A DNA stretch of 64,000 nucleotides from Octopus sinensis. Taxonomy: Eukaryota. This document shows, in pieces, positions 25,877-38,445 of this stretch (positions are counted from its first letter, which is position 1; every line of letters starts with the position of its first letter). Under the pieces are notes generated by a model. The model had not been told where the DNA came from. It saw only the letters and a list, made by a program, of their open reading frames with translations, and did no database searches. The position numbers and the translations under genes are program-made. Where the stretch lies: the NCBI RefSeq assembly GCF_006345805.1, contig NC_042997.1:160022001-160086000 (forward strand), given 5' to 3'.

Positions 25877-26109
25877 TTATAGAACAACTATCTCGCATAT
25901 TTGCCACCCTATGTTCGAGTTGTGACAAGGAATGTCATTCCATCCGAAATCTGCGGTTGGCACAAGGCTAACACAGTGTTCATTTCCACCAGAGGGATTA
26001 GGATAAAACCAACGAGAATATGTTAGTGCTTCTCCAGTTTGCCATACAAAGACGTTCTTGTTAAGATCTCTACTTGATCCAATATAATACTGACCTGAAT
26101 GCGCCGCAG
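25877..26109 (-). CDS. Last coding exon (C-terminal half of C-type lectin domain) of PAN-CTLD gene A
   Basis: Strong acceptor ttttttgttttccgtttgttttcag at 26110, phase 1. YYIG..FVWQTG...W...E.CV....WNDIPC...ICE; TAA at 25879-25877. Confidence 0.92.
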
Positions 26110-26202
26110 CTGAAAACAAACGGAAAACAAAAAATTTGATTAATAATCAGCTTGAAGACATTCGTTATAATTCGATACATGTTTGAGCAAATATATTGTC
26201 TT

Positions 26203-26281
<79 letters not shown>

Positions 26282-27506
26282 CTGTTGTTGTTGTTGCTGG
26301 TGTGATTGTTGATATTTAGTTCAGATTACTCATGACATCCTGTCTTATTTGTGTTTACATGGTGTATACTTGACTATACACTGCATTTCGAGAAACAGTC
26401 GACTCCCATCTTCTGTAAGATGAACGCTCATTCAGTGTACATATTTTCCTCACTGTGTCGCAGCACACTTAGAACCCACATATGACCTGCTTGTGTGCGC
26501 CGTAATTTTAGTGTACTGGAAAATTAGCGAAAAATTTTGAATTATGGCAAAGTAATCACATAACCTAACGTATATATTAATTTAAATTGATTTCTTGTTA
26601 CGTACATCAGTAAACTAGATACTGAAATCTCTTCGTCGATTCTGGCGGCAAGAACATTTCAGCAACTGTGACGAAATATTTCAAAATACACTATGTTTTC
26701 ATGTTCTTCGTATATAAAATGAAATTAACCGCAAATTATTGTCTAATGCTGGCTATATAGCAAGTAAATTATCTATTTCTTCTGTTTGCATATGAATTCA
26801 AAACTAAACAGACTGAACCTTTCAAGTTATTGGAATTTAAAAGGATGACTATTATGAATTCGTTGATTAATTTAATCGACTCTTGCATTCTCCTACAAGC
26901 ATTGATGTTGTATTGATAAAAACCAAAATCAAAATTCAAAGGAGGATTATTTCGTTGAGACTGTATTTATATTGTCAATAATGTATCTGTAATAGGGAAA
27001 CTCAATACTCTAACTCGACATGATACTACTGTCGTTATTAATACTGAAGAGGGTGTAGTCCGAAAGATGTTCCATAGAAAGAAAAGATTGATTCAAAAGA
27101 AAATTCATACGTTAAATTCTCTAAATATTTATAACAATACGTTTTATAATAAATATATTTTCTTAGTTTCAACTATCTATTCGAATTTTTACGTATAACA
27201 AACAGTACAAAATCTAAAATAAATCATTACTTAAGTTATTCTTAACTGGCAAAGTTATTTTCTTTTGTAAACTCATTGGCAGTAAATGACAATATAAATC
27301 TTTAAACAATAAATGAAATTAAATTATTACATTTGATAAATTCCCAAAAAGAGAAACACTCAGAACATAGTGTACAAATCAGAGAAACATTAGCAGGAAA
27401 ACGGAATTTTGTTTGCAAAATGGGAGGAAATTGCAATTTTGAGTGACATTAAATCTGTTATAGTTTATAATATGAGGTATATCATGTGTACCTTTGTATA
27501 TATATG

Positions 27507-27565
<59 letters not shown>

Positions 27566-27676
27566 GTGTGTGCGTGTGTGTGTGTGAGAGAGAGAGAGAC
27601 AGACAGACAGACAGTCAGACAGAATGAGAGAGAGAACGTGTTGTATGTATGTATTAAATAGTAAAATGTTGCTCAC

Positions 27677-27856
27677 CCCATGATAATATTGTTTTTAGAT
27701 AGTTCATGACTTCCTCATTTTTAATGTGAATAAGTCGTCCTCGATCCTTATTGCAATTGTCTGCAGCCTTATTCCATGAAGTTATCGTGGAGCCTATTTG
27801 ATAACACAATCTCAATTCTGGTTGGTAAGTATAGCCGGCTGACGTCGGACATTCGG
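27677..27856 (-). CDS. Middle exon (N-terminal half of C-type lectin domain) of PAN-CTLD gene A; missed by the ORF track
   Basis: 180-nt phase 1-1 exon; acceptor tttctcttgtcttcctaaag, donor GTGAGC. Encodes ECPTSAGYTYQPELRLCYQIGSTITSWNKAADNCNKDRGRLIHIKNEEVMNYLKTILSW and joins in frame to both neighbours. Confidence 0.92.
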
Positions 27857-28964
27857 CTTTAGGAAGACAAGAGAAATATATTTCATGTGTTAGATCATTT
27901 TGAAAAGTAATGACCTATGTTAATTTCAGGGCGCTACTAACTATTATCTGACTGTTTCTCCTTCCCATTGCACCCCAAATGAGCCTAATTTACAACTGCA
28001 CACTGACAAGTAGAATTGGTAGACATTTCCTTACCAATTTCGTTTTGGAATACACAACATATCTCTTTCTAGAGTTTCCTTTTCTTCAGCACTCTCTTAA
28101 TCTCCTGTCAATATAGTTACCAGCACTGACAGTTGCTTTATTCATCAAAATATAACAAGATGGTATTCCAACCCCCAACATTAGAATTGTATGTTTAAGA
28201 GCTGGGGCTAAACTCATCTAATTTGGTACTGCTTACTTCTTTATGAACGTGCATAGAAACAGACTACTGCATCATTAAAGCTTAGCAAAACAAACCTTTT
28301 AACTTAGGAAAATTCTGACTATTGCTCTTATCTCAACCATCCATAATTTTATTGTAAACTATTCACTTCTATATTTCCATGAAATTTTTCCGTCACTCAG
28401 TGATTCCTAAGGATAACATTTATAAGAGACCTTATTTCGCACATGACACACCAATTTCGTTATAAACCATATTGTAGATTTGATGTCTTGTATAATTTCT
28501 AACTATAGCTGATTGTGAAAATTCCAGTAAAGAGATGGTCATTTAAAAACTTCAGCCTTCCAATAATCACATTGATTGAGAGATTCTTAACAAATCGTTC
28601 GTCGTTGCATACAAGACGACTGGATTTTAAGGAATCTTTAACTGTCGACTGAAGTGTTTCAAAAGGGTTAATTCATCTCCATTCTTAGCCCTTCTAACTG
28701 CAATAGCAATGTCATCTAAGTCACTTAGATCCAATAACTCAAATGCAGATAAAACTATTTTGAATTCCACCCTTCTTTTAAATATATATGCAAAATATAT
28801 TCCGCTAGTTATTATAGCTCACGAAGTGTTGTAACAACAGTATCTTTATTTAATCATTCGAATTGCTAGATATAACAGCTATATTTCCCACAAATCACAC
28901 TATACATTATTATAAACAATGGGGGGTAATTTCATAACAGCTGGTCTGATAACAGTGAAGTTTC

Positions 28965-30371
28965 AAAACCTAAGGAGCAAAAGTGGGAGGGTATAAGGTA
29001 GAAGATGTAAGATCTGCTCTCGAGAAGTCAAACAAATGGCAGTCTCCAGGAAAGGATAAACTTCCTAACTTCAGAATAAATAACTTCCCAGAGAGTCATG
29101 AACTACTAACAGAACTTTACAACGACGCTTAGCAACAACCTAGTATGATTCCCTCTTGGTTAGTTAATGGACCAAACAAATGGACCAAAATATTAGAGAT
29201 ACATAACCTGCTTAACAACAATTTATAAAACGCTAACATCTGTCCTGACTAAATATACCTATAGTCTTTTAATATAAAGTGGCATATTCCCTAATGAGCA
29301 AAAAGGATGTAAACGTGGATGCTATGGTTGTAAAAACCAGCTACTCATCAATAAGATGATCTTAGAAGATTGTCACAATTGGCACAAAACTTGTCAATAG
29401 CCTAGATTGACTATAAAAAAGCTTTTGATAGACTACCACATAACTGGATTAGGAAATTTTTAAACATATTTTTGTGCTCGAGGGACCTAACGCGCTTTTG
29501 ATACTTTGCTATGCCAGTAACTTTAGTACATACCTTGTACTTGATAGTTTCTATGGTGGTATCGATGTCAAATATCGTTTTCATATATATGAAAACTATA
29601 TTTGACATCAATACCACCATATAGGTCTAACATAGAATGTTTGGAAAACCTTAAGTTTGACAAAACTACCAAACCTACAGAAACCGGAAAATTAAAGAAG
29701 AAATATAATATGAAAATCATACTTGACATTGATGCCACCATAGAAACCATCAAGCAAAAGGTGTGTGCTAAAGATGCCCGCAGAGCAAGGTATGAAAAGC
29801 GCGTTAGATTCTTTAAGGACAATCATATGTTAAAAAATACCCCCAAATCTTTTTACAGGAAGACAGGGGGAAATACCAGTTATAGTAAAGTCTCACAAAT
29901 CAAAAGAAGTGCAGAAATTATGGAATGATATTTGGGCAGAAGAAAAAAGCACAGAATGAAAAACACCCTGTATAATATCTACAGACTTAGACTCCTTAGA
30001 AGAGCAAAAGTGGGAGGGTATCAAGGTAGAAGATGTAAGATCTCTCAGGAAGTCAAGCAAATGGCAGTCTCCAAGAAAGAATAAAATTCCTAACTTCTGG
30101 TTGAATGCCTTCCCAGAGAGCCCTGAACTGCCAACAAAACTTTACAACGACGTTTTGCAACAACATAGTATGATTCCCTCTTGGTATTACATTCCTACTT
30201 CCAAAATATGAGGTGAAGGAGTGTTTGTGTGGTAAGTAGCTTGCTTACCAACCACATGGCTTCGGGTTCAGTACCACTGCGTGGCACTTTCGGCAAGTGT
30301 CTTCTACTATAGCCTCGGGCCGATCAATACATTGTGAATGGATTTAGTAGACAGAAACTGAAAGAATCCCG

Positions 30372-30450
<79 letters not shown>

Positions 30451-32560
30451 TGCGTATATGTTTGTGTGTCTGTGTTTGTCCCCCCAACATCACTTGACAA
30501 CCGATGCTGGTGTGTTTACGTCCCGTACCTTAGCGGTTCGGTAAAAGAGATCGATAGAATAAGTACTTGGCTTAAAAAAGAATAAGCCCTGGGGTCGATT
30601 TGCTCGACCAAAGGTGGTACTCCAGCATGGCCACCATCAAAATGACTGAAACAAGTAAAAGAGTAAAGAGAGTGTAAACAAATAAACCCAAATATTATAC
30701 ATCCATAACCTGCTTAACAACAATGTCTAAAATACTAACATCCGATTTGACTGAATATACCTATAGATTTTTAATAGAAAATGGCATATTGCATAATGAG
30801 CAGAAAGGATGTGCGTGGGTCCTATGGTTGTAAAGATCAGCGAATCGCCAATAAGATGATCTTGGAAAATTGTAACTAACGACACAAAACATTCTCGATA
30901 GCCTGGGCAGACATTAAAAAAGATTTTGATTGTCTACCGCGTAGGTGGATTAAGGAATGTCTGGAAATGTATAAATTAGCACCTACTCTGATAAACCTCT
31001 TGTTTGTAAGTATGAGATCATGGTGAACCACACTGATTTTGAACAGTGACAATGAATCTCTTAATGCTGGCGATATAAGAATTTCATGTGGCATTTTCTA
31101 GAGTGACTCACTATCACCACTCCTCTTTTCTTTAGCCTTTTCTCTTAATGCCTCTCTCGAAATTGCGCGATGATGTACAATACGGCTATAAAATGTTTGA
31201 TAAAATTATGCTTAGAAAATTATATTTAGAAAATTATAAATCATCTCATTTACATGGACGATATAGAGCTCATTGCAAGAAAAGGAAATGACCACAACTA
31301 GAGGTCTTACTAGCGATTGTTAAACTATTCAGTTCAGTGATGACATCAGAATGCAATTTGTCTTCGAGAAATGTGCAAAAGCTACCTTTATCAAAGCAAA
31401 ATTGACAGAAACATCCAAAGTTAATCTTGACCAGCTGAATATCATAAAGGAGCTAGAAGCGGCGTAGAGCTACGAATACCAGTTTCAATATTAATAACTG
31501 GTCAATTACTGAAATATGTAAACTTGAAAGAAAACACGAAAATTCTTAACATTGTATAGAATGCACCACACAAAGGCAGATATAGAAGGAATTTACCTGT
31601 CAATAAAAGAGGATGGCCGTGGACTCATATAACTGGAATTAATAATGAATATTGCCACAATTGGCCTAGACAACTACTTGAAAAACTCTGAGGACTGGAT
31701 GTTAAAACTTGTCTCAAAGTATGAAGTAAGTAAGCATCATACTCAGTAACAAAACAGGTGAAGTAATATCTAAGTGATTTCCAAATACAACAAATTCCAG
31801 AATTAGATGTACTAGAAACACGCACAGAAAAAGCTAAGCGTATGAAAACCCGTACTAAACTGCTGCCCTAGATATTCTTACTGATAAATAGCAAGAAAAA
31901 CCTCTTAATGGCAAATACCCAAAGAGAGCTATTAGTGCCGATGTTGACAAAGCCCTTGCCCATCAATGGTTAGTGTTTTTGTGCTTAAAACCAGAAACGG
32001 AAGAGTTTATGATAGCGGCCCAACATCAATGCCTACCTACAAGAAAATACCAGGCCAACATGTTAAAGAACGGCAGTAGCTCAACATGTCGTGTATGTCA
32101 GCAAAAAATGTAACAGTTGACCATGTTGTCTCCATGTGCAGTCTTCCTGCGCCTACAGCGTATCTCAACAGATATGAGAGAGCAGCACAATATATTCACT
32201 GGGTAATTTGCAAAAACCTGGACCTACCACATGATAAAATAACTGGTGGGACGACAAACCACCTCCAGTGCTTGAAAATGATCACATCTCACTTCTCTTG
32301 AACTTCACCGTTCAAGGCCAGACATTATATTGAAAGACTTCTGGCAAAAATCAAGCTTCCTCATTGATATGACTGTCCCAATTGACATAATTGTATCTGT
32401 CAAGATCTACAACAAATTGTGCAATACCTGTTATCATAGGTGCCCTAAGAATGATAGTAAAAGGGACTGAGTCTTACCTAGCTCAGATACCAAAATGGCA
32501 GAAATTCAAAGGGTAATGCTCATGGGATCTGCCCATATCGTACGTAAAATCAATCTCAAA
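28965..32560 (+). mobile_element. Old R4/Dong-like LINE remnants (two overlapping fragments plus an inverted piece), interrupted by a SINE
   Basis: WQSPGKDK.PNF, KGC..GCYGCK.QL, YMDD, and C..C...VDHVVS.C zinc knuckle; many stops. Confidence 0.8.
30212..30673 (+). mobile_element. tRNA-derived SINE (Octopus OR/OK-like)
   Basis: Homologous to 3271-3623; inserted into the R4 remnant. Confidence 0.88.
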
Positions 32561-32708
32561 CTTTAAAACAGATTCATAACTGTCATATGTTTTTTTAAAC
32601 ATTCTCAATTACAATATTATATGACACTCTAGGCATGACACCAACATGAACTCGTAACTTGTTATCTCTTGAGGTCTCTGGGTGAGACTTGGAGCCAACT
32701 TTCACAAA

Positions 32709-33830
32709 TAGTAGGTCGTGAATTATGAAATTTGTAGTAAGGTATGTAGTAACTTTTGACAGCTGATCATTTTGCGCCATTATAATATTTTTACAACCTT
32801 TATTTTTTGTAAGAAAGCTGACACATCTATTCCTTTATTATAACTCATTTTGCGCTTTATAAAGTATTTATAAATCGTTTTTGCTATCTTTGTTTAGAGA
32901 TGGATAAGTCGGAAATTCGTAGTTTTGAAATATGAGTTTTTCTTGGAAATACAGCATCACAGACGGCTCGGAATATTAATGGAGTATTTCATTCTAATGT
33001 TATTACACAGCAGACAGTAACAAATTGGTTTGCAAAATTTCATTCTCACAAATGAGCAACGTGGTCGACCAGAAACGATGGTGGATAATGACGAACTGAA
33101 AGCCAGATCCTTCTCAAAGTGCCCGCAAATTATCGTTGTTGTTTGGTGTTAGCAAGCAAACACTATTGAGTCAGCTATTTCAAATCGGTAAAGTGAGAAA
33201 GATGGATAAGTGGGTTCCGCATGAACTCAATGAAAATCTGAAACAGCAACGTTTGGAAGCCTACATTATGTTACTTGCTCGTTAGAAAAATGAATAATTT
33301 TTGAATCGAACTGTAACATGTGATGGGAAATGGATCCAATAGAACAGCCGTAAAGATTCAGTACAATGGTTGAACAAAGACGAGCCACCAAAACAGACTC
33401 CAAAAAGTAAAATCCATCAAGCTAATGGTGTGTGTTTGGTGGTCTGGCGCAGATGTCATTTATTATGATATTATTAAACCTGGCTTATCAATCACAGCCA
33501 AACTATACTGCAGCCAACTGGACCAAATGATGCAGAAACTTATAAAAAACAGCATAAATTAGTCAACAGATCCACTTCTGTTTTATTGCAGGACAACGCC
33601 AGACCACACATCACAAAAATGACATTGCCGAAACTACTGGATTTGGAGTTGGAAGGTCTCCATCATCCTCCATACTCATCTGATGTTGCCCCCACTGACT
33701 ACCACTTCTTCCAGAATTTGATTAACTTTTTGATAGGAAAAAAAAATAATTCCCACGATGCTGTAAAACAGGTCTTCCAAGATTTTATTGACTCTAGATT
33801 TCCAGGCTGTTCGCAAAAACAGAGCCTGAA
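32709..33830 (+). mobile_element. Mariner (DD34D) transposon, decayed, 3' end lost
   Basis: WVPHEL, TCDGKW and QDNARPH...HPPYSSDVAPTDYHFF motifs. Confidence 0.9.
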
Positions 33831-35280
33831 AGAGAGAGGCTGGTTGAGACTGCAGATGTTCAGCAAGGATATAGGGATGACATTCAGCATCTCGAAGTTT
33901 GCAGTGCTCACTTAGAAACGAGAGAAAAGAGAGATTGTAGGGGCATAGGATTGCCCAAAGGAGAGAGAATTGAATACCCAATTGATGATGGGTTCAAGTA
34001 CCTTGGGATCCTGGTGCTGGACAATATCTTGCACAGAGAAATAAAAGACAAAATCATCACTACATATTCGAAGCACCCCAAACTTCTTTTGAAATCAAAA
34101 CTCAGCTCAAGGAAACTTCTGACTGCCATCGACATATGGGCAATTGCTGTAGTCCTCTAAAGTGCACCCATCCTGAGATAGACACAAGCGGAGATTCACA
34201 AACTCGATCACACTACCCGAAAACAATGATAATGCATGGTGCCCTCCAACCTAAAGCGAATTTACAGAGGCTGTACGCGAAGAGGTGTAAAAGTGGATGT
34301 GGGATGAGTGCACCAAAGTGAAAATAAGTACCATGGCAGAAATATTTTGTAAATAAAAACAAGACTTGCTATACTATGCTGCTAATGCAGAAGGGTTTAC
34401 CAAAAATGAGCTTGAGAGCGCTCATGAATTCCAATCACGAACGGCCAACGATAGGGAAAAGGAACCCTATACCGCATGGAATTACAGTTCCACTATCGAA
34501 CTAACTACTTAAAAGACCAAGAAGCATCATGGAGGTGGCTCAGCAAGGGTCACCTAAAAAAAAAACTGAAAGCCCAATTATAGCTACCCAGAATAAGGCA
34601 TTGAATATCAACTCAGAGAAAATTGATATAGATCACACAAGTGCAATGGACATCTGCAGAATGTGTGGGAAGAGGGTCGAAAGCGTGGCTCACATTGTTA
34701 GTGCTTGTGAAAATCTTGTTCAGAAACAGTACAAGCACAGACACGACAAGGAACATCAAAACCGCCATTGGCTACTATGCCGGAAGTGTGGATACGAGGT
34801 AATAGGTGCATACACCGGAAAAAGTAATGGACGAATAAGGGAAGGCAAAAATCCTCTGGAACATTGATTTCCAGACAAGCAAGATTTTAGAGCACCGAGG
34901 TCCCGGATTAGTAACCTTTAAGAGGGACAAACAAGAGGGCCTATTAATCAACGTGACATGCTATCATGAAAGAGAAACGATTGATAAATATTGAGACCTA
35001 AGAATTGAGTTCGCAAAGGTATGGCAGTTACGAGAGTCAAACATAGAGGTTGTCCCTGTTGTCATTAAAGCACTGGGTTCAATACTGCCCAAGTTGAAGA
35101 AGCATGTAGAAACATCAGAAATACTCTACGATCTAGGTGTATTGCAAAAATCGGCATTACTTAGAACTGCACGAATATTGCGTAAAGTGATATTTGTCTG
35201 AGGTCCTTGTGACTTGACAGTCGGTAGACACAATATCTCCAATGAACAACATCAGGATACTGGCTACTGTGCGACGTCTT
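33830..35280 (+). mobile_element. R4/Dong-like LINE 3' fragment ending in (AAT)n
   Basis: FKYLGIL, ETESPIIATQ, CRMCGKRVESVAHIVSAC and RPGLV remnants; 3' UTR abuts (AAT)n at 35282. Confidence 0.8.
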
Positions 35281-35281
35281 A

Positions 35282-35325
<44 letters not shown>

Positions 35326-35327
<2 letters not shown>

Positions 35328-38300
35328 GCGCATGAAAAGTTAGCTAGCAGATGGGAACAAAAACCTCTGCATGGCAAGTATGTGGCTCGTAGCAAACAAG
35401 CTGATGTTGACCAGAAACACACGCACCAATGGTTATTCCAAGAATAACAATCGGGAAGTGCGTACTTTAAACTTGTTACACAAAAAGTACGAAAAACTAC
35501 ACGTGCAAAACAATTTGACAGCAGAAATGAACGGACCGTTACCCTACGAAAATGATGACCGTCAAAATAAAGGGCCGGACGTTGTTCCTCATGTACCGCA
35601 AATAAAATCAAAAAGGCATAAATGGACACGTGATGAATATATTTCAAACGAAAACACAACACATACATATAAAATATGGAAGAAGAATGACCTAAATAAA
35701 GACTTGGATACAGTAATGAACCCTAATAAACTAGCTAACATACGAAGATATATTCTCAGCGCAAAAAAATATCAGAAATAGAAATAGAACATTTAAAAGG
35801 AAAAATACATCAGAAAAATATAGTTAGAAGCCACACAACAATGCCAAATAATATAAATACTGAGATAGTAAAAGTCGAAGACAAACGTAACAAAAGCGAA
35901 GTAAACAAAAACAACAAACCCAGACCGCAGAGATGTATAATAACGTACAAAAAGCACCAAACCAGAACACCATAGAGAAATATATGAATGAGAAGGAAAG
36001 CGAAACAAATCTAAAACCTGGAAACAACGAAGGGGAACCCAATGATTATGATACTATAAAAATGATACTATTAAAACAACAAACTTAGCACCTGAGCAAC
36101 TCTGGACCCCATAACAAATGAAGAGGTCACCCAGGCACTGCAAACACTAAGCAACTGGAAGGCACCTGGGCACCACAAGATCCCCAAATTCTGGTTAAAA
36201 TATCTGACAAGAATACACAAAAGGCTGGCTGAAAACTTTAACGACATACTGGCAGAGCCAGAGATAATGTCTAAATGACTCACAAAAGGGAAAACCATCC
36301 TAATTCCCAAATCCAATGAAACGGCAAAACCACAAAACTACAGACCTATAACCTGTCTCCCTACAATGTACAAAGCCTTTACTGCAGTAATATCGCAAAG
36401 ATTGAACAAGCATCTGGACGAAAGCAACCTGTTTCCAGAAGAGAAGAAGGGATGCTGCAAGGGCTCATATGGCTGTAAAGATCAACTAATGATCAATAGA
36501 GACATAACTGAAGACAGCCACAGAAAGAAGAAAGGCCTCAGTATGGCATGGATCGACTACCCAAAGGCTTTTGATAGCATTCCACGCAAGTGGATCCTTG
36601 AAACAATAACCATTAACAAGGTAGCACCAATAATTACAAAATACATGAGACACACTATGAATAAATGACAGACAGTGCTACAGCTCCAAACAAAAGAGGA
36701 ACTCGTGAAAACCAAAGCCATCCCCATCTCCTTTTCTGCTTGGCACTGACACCTCTATCTGATATGCTAAATAGAACTGGATGCGGATACAAATGTTACG
36801 GCAAAACAAACAACCACCTTTTATATATGGATGGCCTAAAACAATACGCTGCAAATGACAAACAGCTGGAAATACTACTACAGACAGAACATGGACTTAC
36901 CAAAGAAATAGATATGAAATTTGGATTAGAAAAATGCGCCAAAGCAACTCTGAAACTAGTTAAGAGTAGCAACATCACACTAGATAAAACCAATGAAATA
37001 AGAGAATTAGACCAAAGCGAAACATACAAATATTTAGGAATCCATGAACTAGATATGATACAACACACAAAAATGAAAGAGAAAATAAAGCAGAATACTA
37101 TTGACGAGTTATATCAATACTAAAAACAGAGCTCAATGATAAAAACAAGATAATAAGCATTAACACTTTAGCTACAAGATACAGCTACAATATCCTTAAC
37201 TGGACACTAAATGAACTAACCAAAATAGACAGGAAAACGAAAAAAAAAAAATGACAGGATCTAGGATGCATCATCGAAAATCTGACATAGAAATGCTATA
37301 TATACAACGTATAGAAGGTGGTAGAGGCCTATACTGTTATAAAATAACCACTATAGGACTACAAAAATATCCACTTCAGAAGAGAGGAAAACTGATACAA
37401 ATAGCGGCAAAACACGAACAAAACAAAATACTGTTCTCAGTATTTAAGGAAGCTGACAAATACAAACAAGAAATCATACTACCTAACAAATATGAAGAAG
37501 AAGAAACAATAGCTATAAAACAAATGAAATACAAACTAAAACTAGAACAGCAACGAACCATGGTAAACGATGGCAAGAAAAGCCCCTTCATGGCAAATAC
37601 TGGAGTAAACTTAATGCAAAAGAAATAGACAAAGAAAAATCCCAGCATTTGCTGAGAAGCTCAGGACTCAAGGCAGAAACGGAAGGATTTTTAATTGCAG
37701 CACAAGACCAAAGCCTCCCCACCAGAAATTACCTAAAACATATAATGAAATGAAACATAACAAGTAACTGCAGAATATGTGGAGATAGACAAGAAAAAAT
37801 AAATCATATTTCTGGCTGTATAAATACAACGTATAGAAGGTTGTAGAGCCCAGAAGGAATATATTCACAGACACGACAGAGTTTGGACTCACATACACTG
37901 GAAGCTATGCCAACACTATGGAATAATAACAGAAAAAAGATGGTATAGGCACACACCAGAAAAGGTCACAGAAAACGAGAAAGCAACCATACTCTGGGAT
38001 ATGCCAATACACACAGATAGAGAAATTAAGGACAATAGACCAGACATATTTGTCAGAGATCAGGAAGAAAAAATGCTTTCTAATTAATGTATCAATACCA
38101 GCACAACGTGTCTCCAAAAAAAAAATGGAGAAACTTTCAAAATACAAAGACCTTGAAATAGAGGTAACTCGAATGTGGCATCTAAAAACAGAAACAATTC
38201 CTATCATAGTAGGCGCATTAGGTAAAATAAAAAATATTCAGACAAATACATAACAAAAAACCCAGGACTTGCAAATATATATAACATACTGGGCACTGCA

Positions 38301-38430
38301 CATATCCTACGCAGAACACTTTCAATACAGTAACCATCAGAGCATCACAACAAATCACAGCACATACCCAAGGTACACAGAGCTGCGATCGGTCGTAAAG
38401 TGAAAGCACGCTATAAAAATAAAACCACTG
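35326..38430 (+). mobile_element. R4/Dong-clade LINE (RT + CCHC + REL), frameshifted, between (AAT)n tracts
   Basis: APGHHKIPKFW, KGCCKGSYGCKDQL, WIDYPKAFDS, YMDGLK, ETYKYLG and NRPDI motifs; ends at ACCACTG followed by (AAT)5. Confidence 0.92.
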
Positions 38431-38445
38431 AATAATAATAATAAT

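Noticed and set aside
27040-27077. CTGAAGA-GGGTGTAGTCC-GAAA motif
   Set aside because: Stem I does not pair and stem III is not palindromic; chance or too decayed. Similar failures at 10160-10207, 22427-22460 and 49164-49200.
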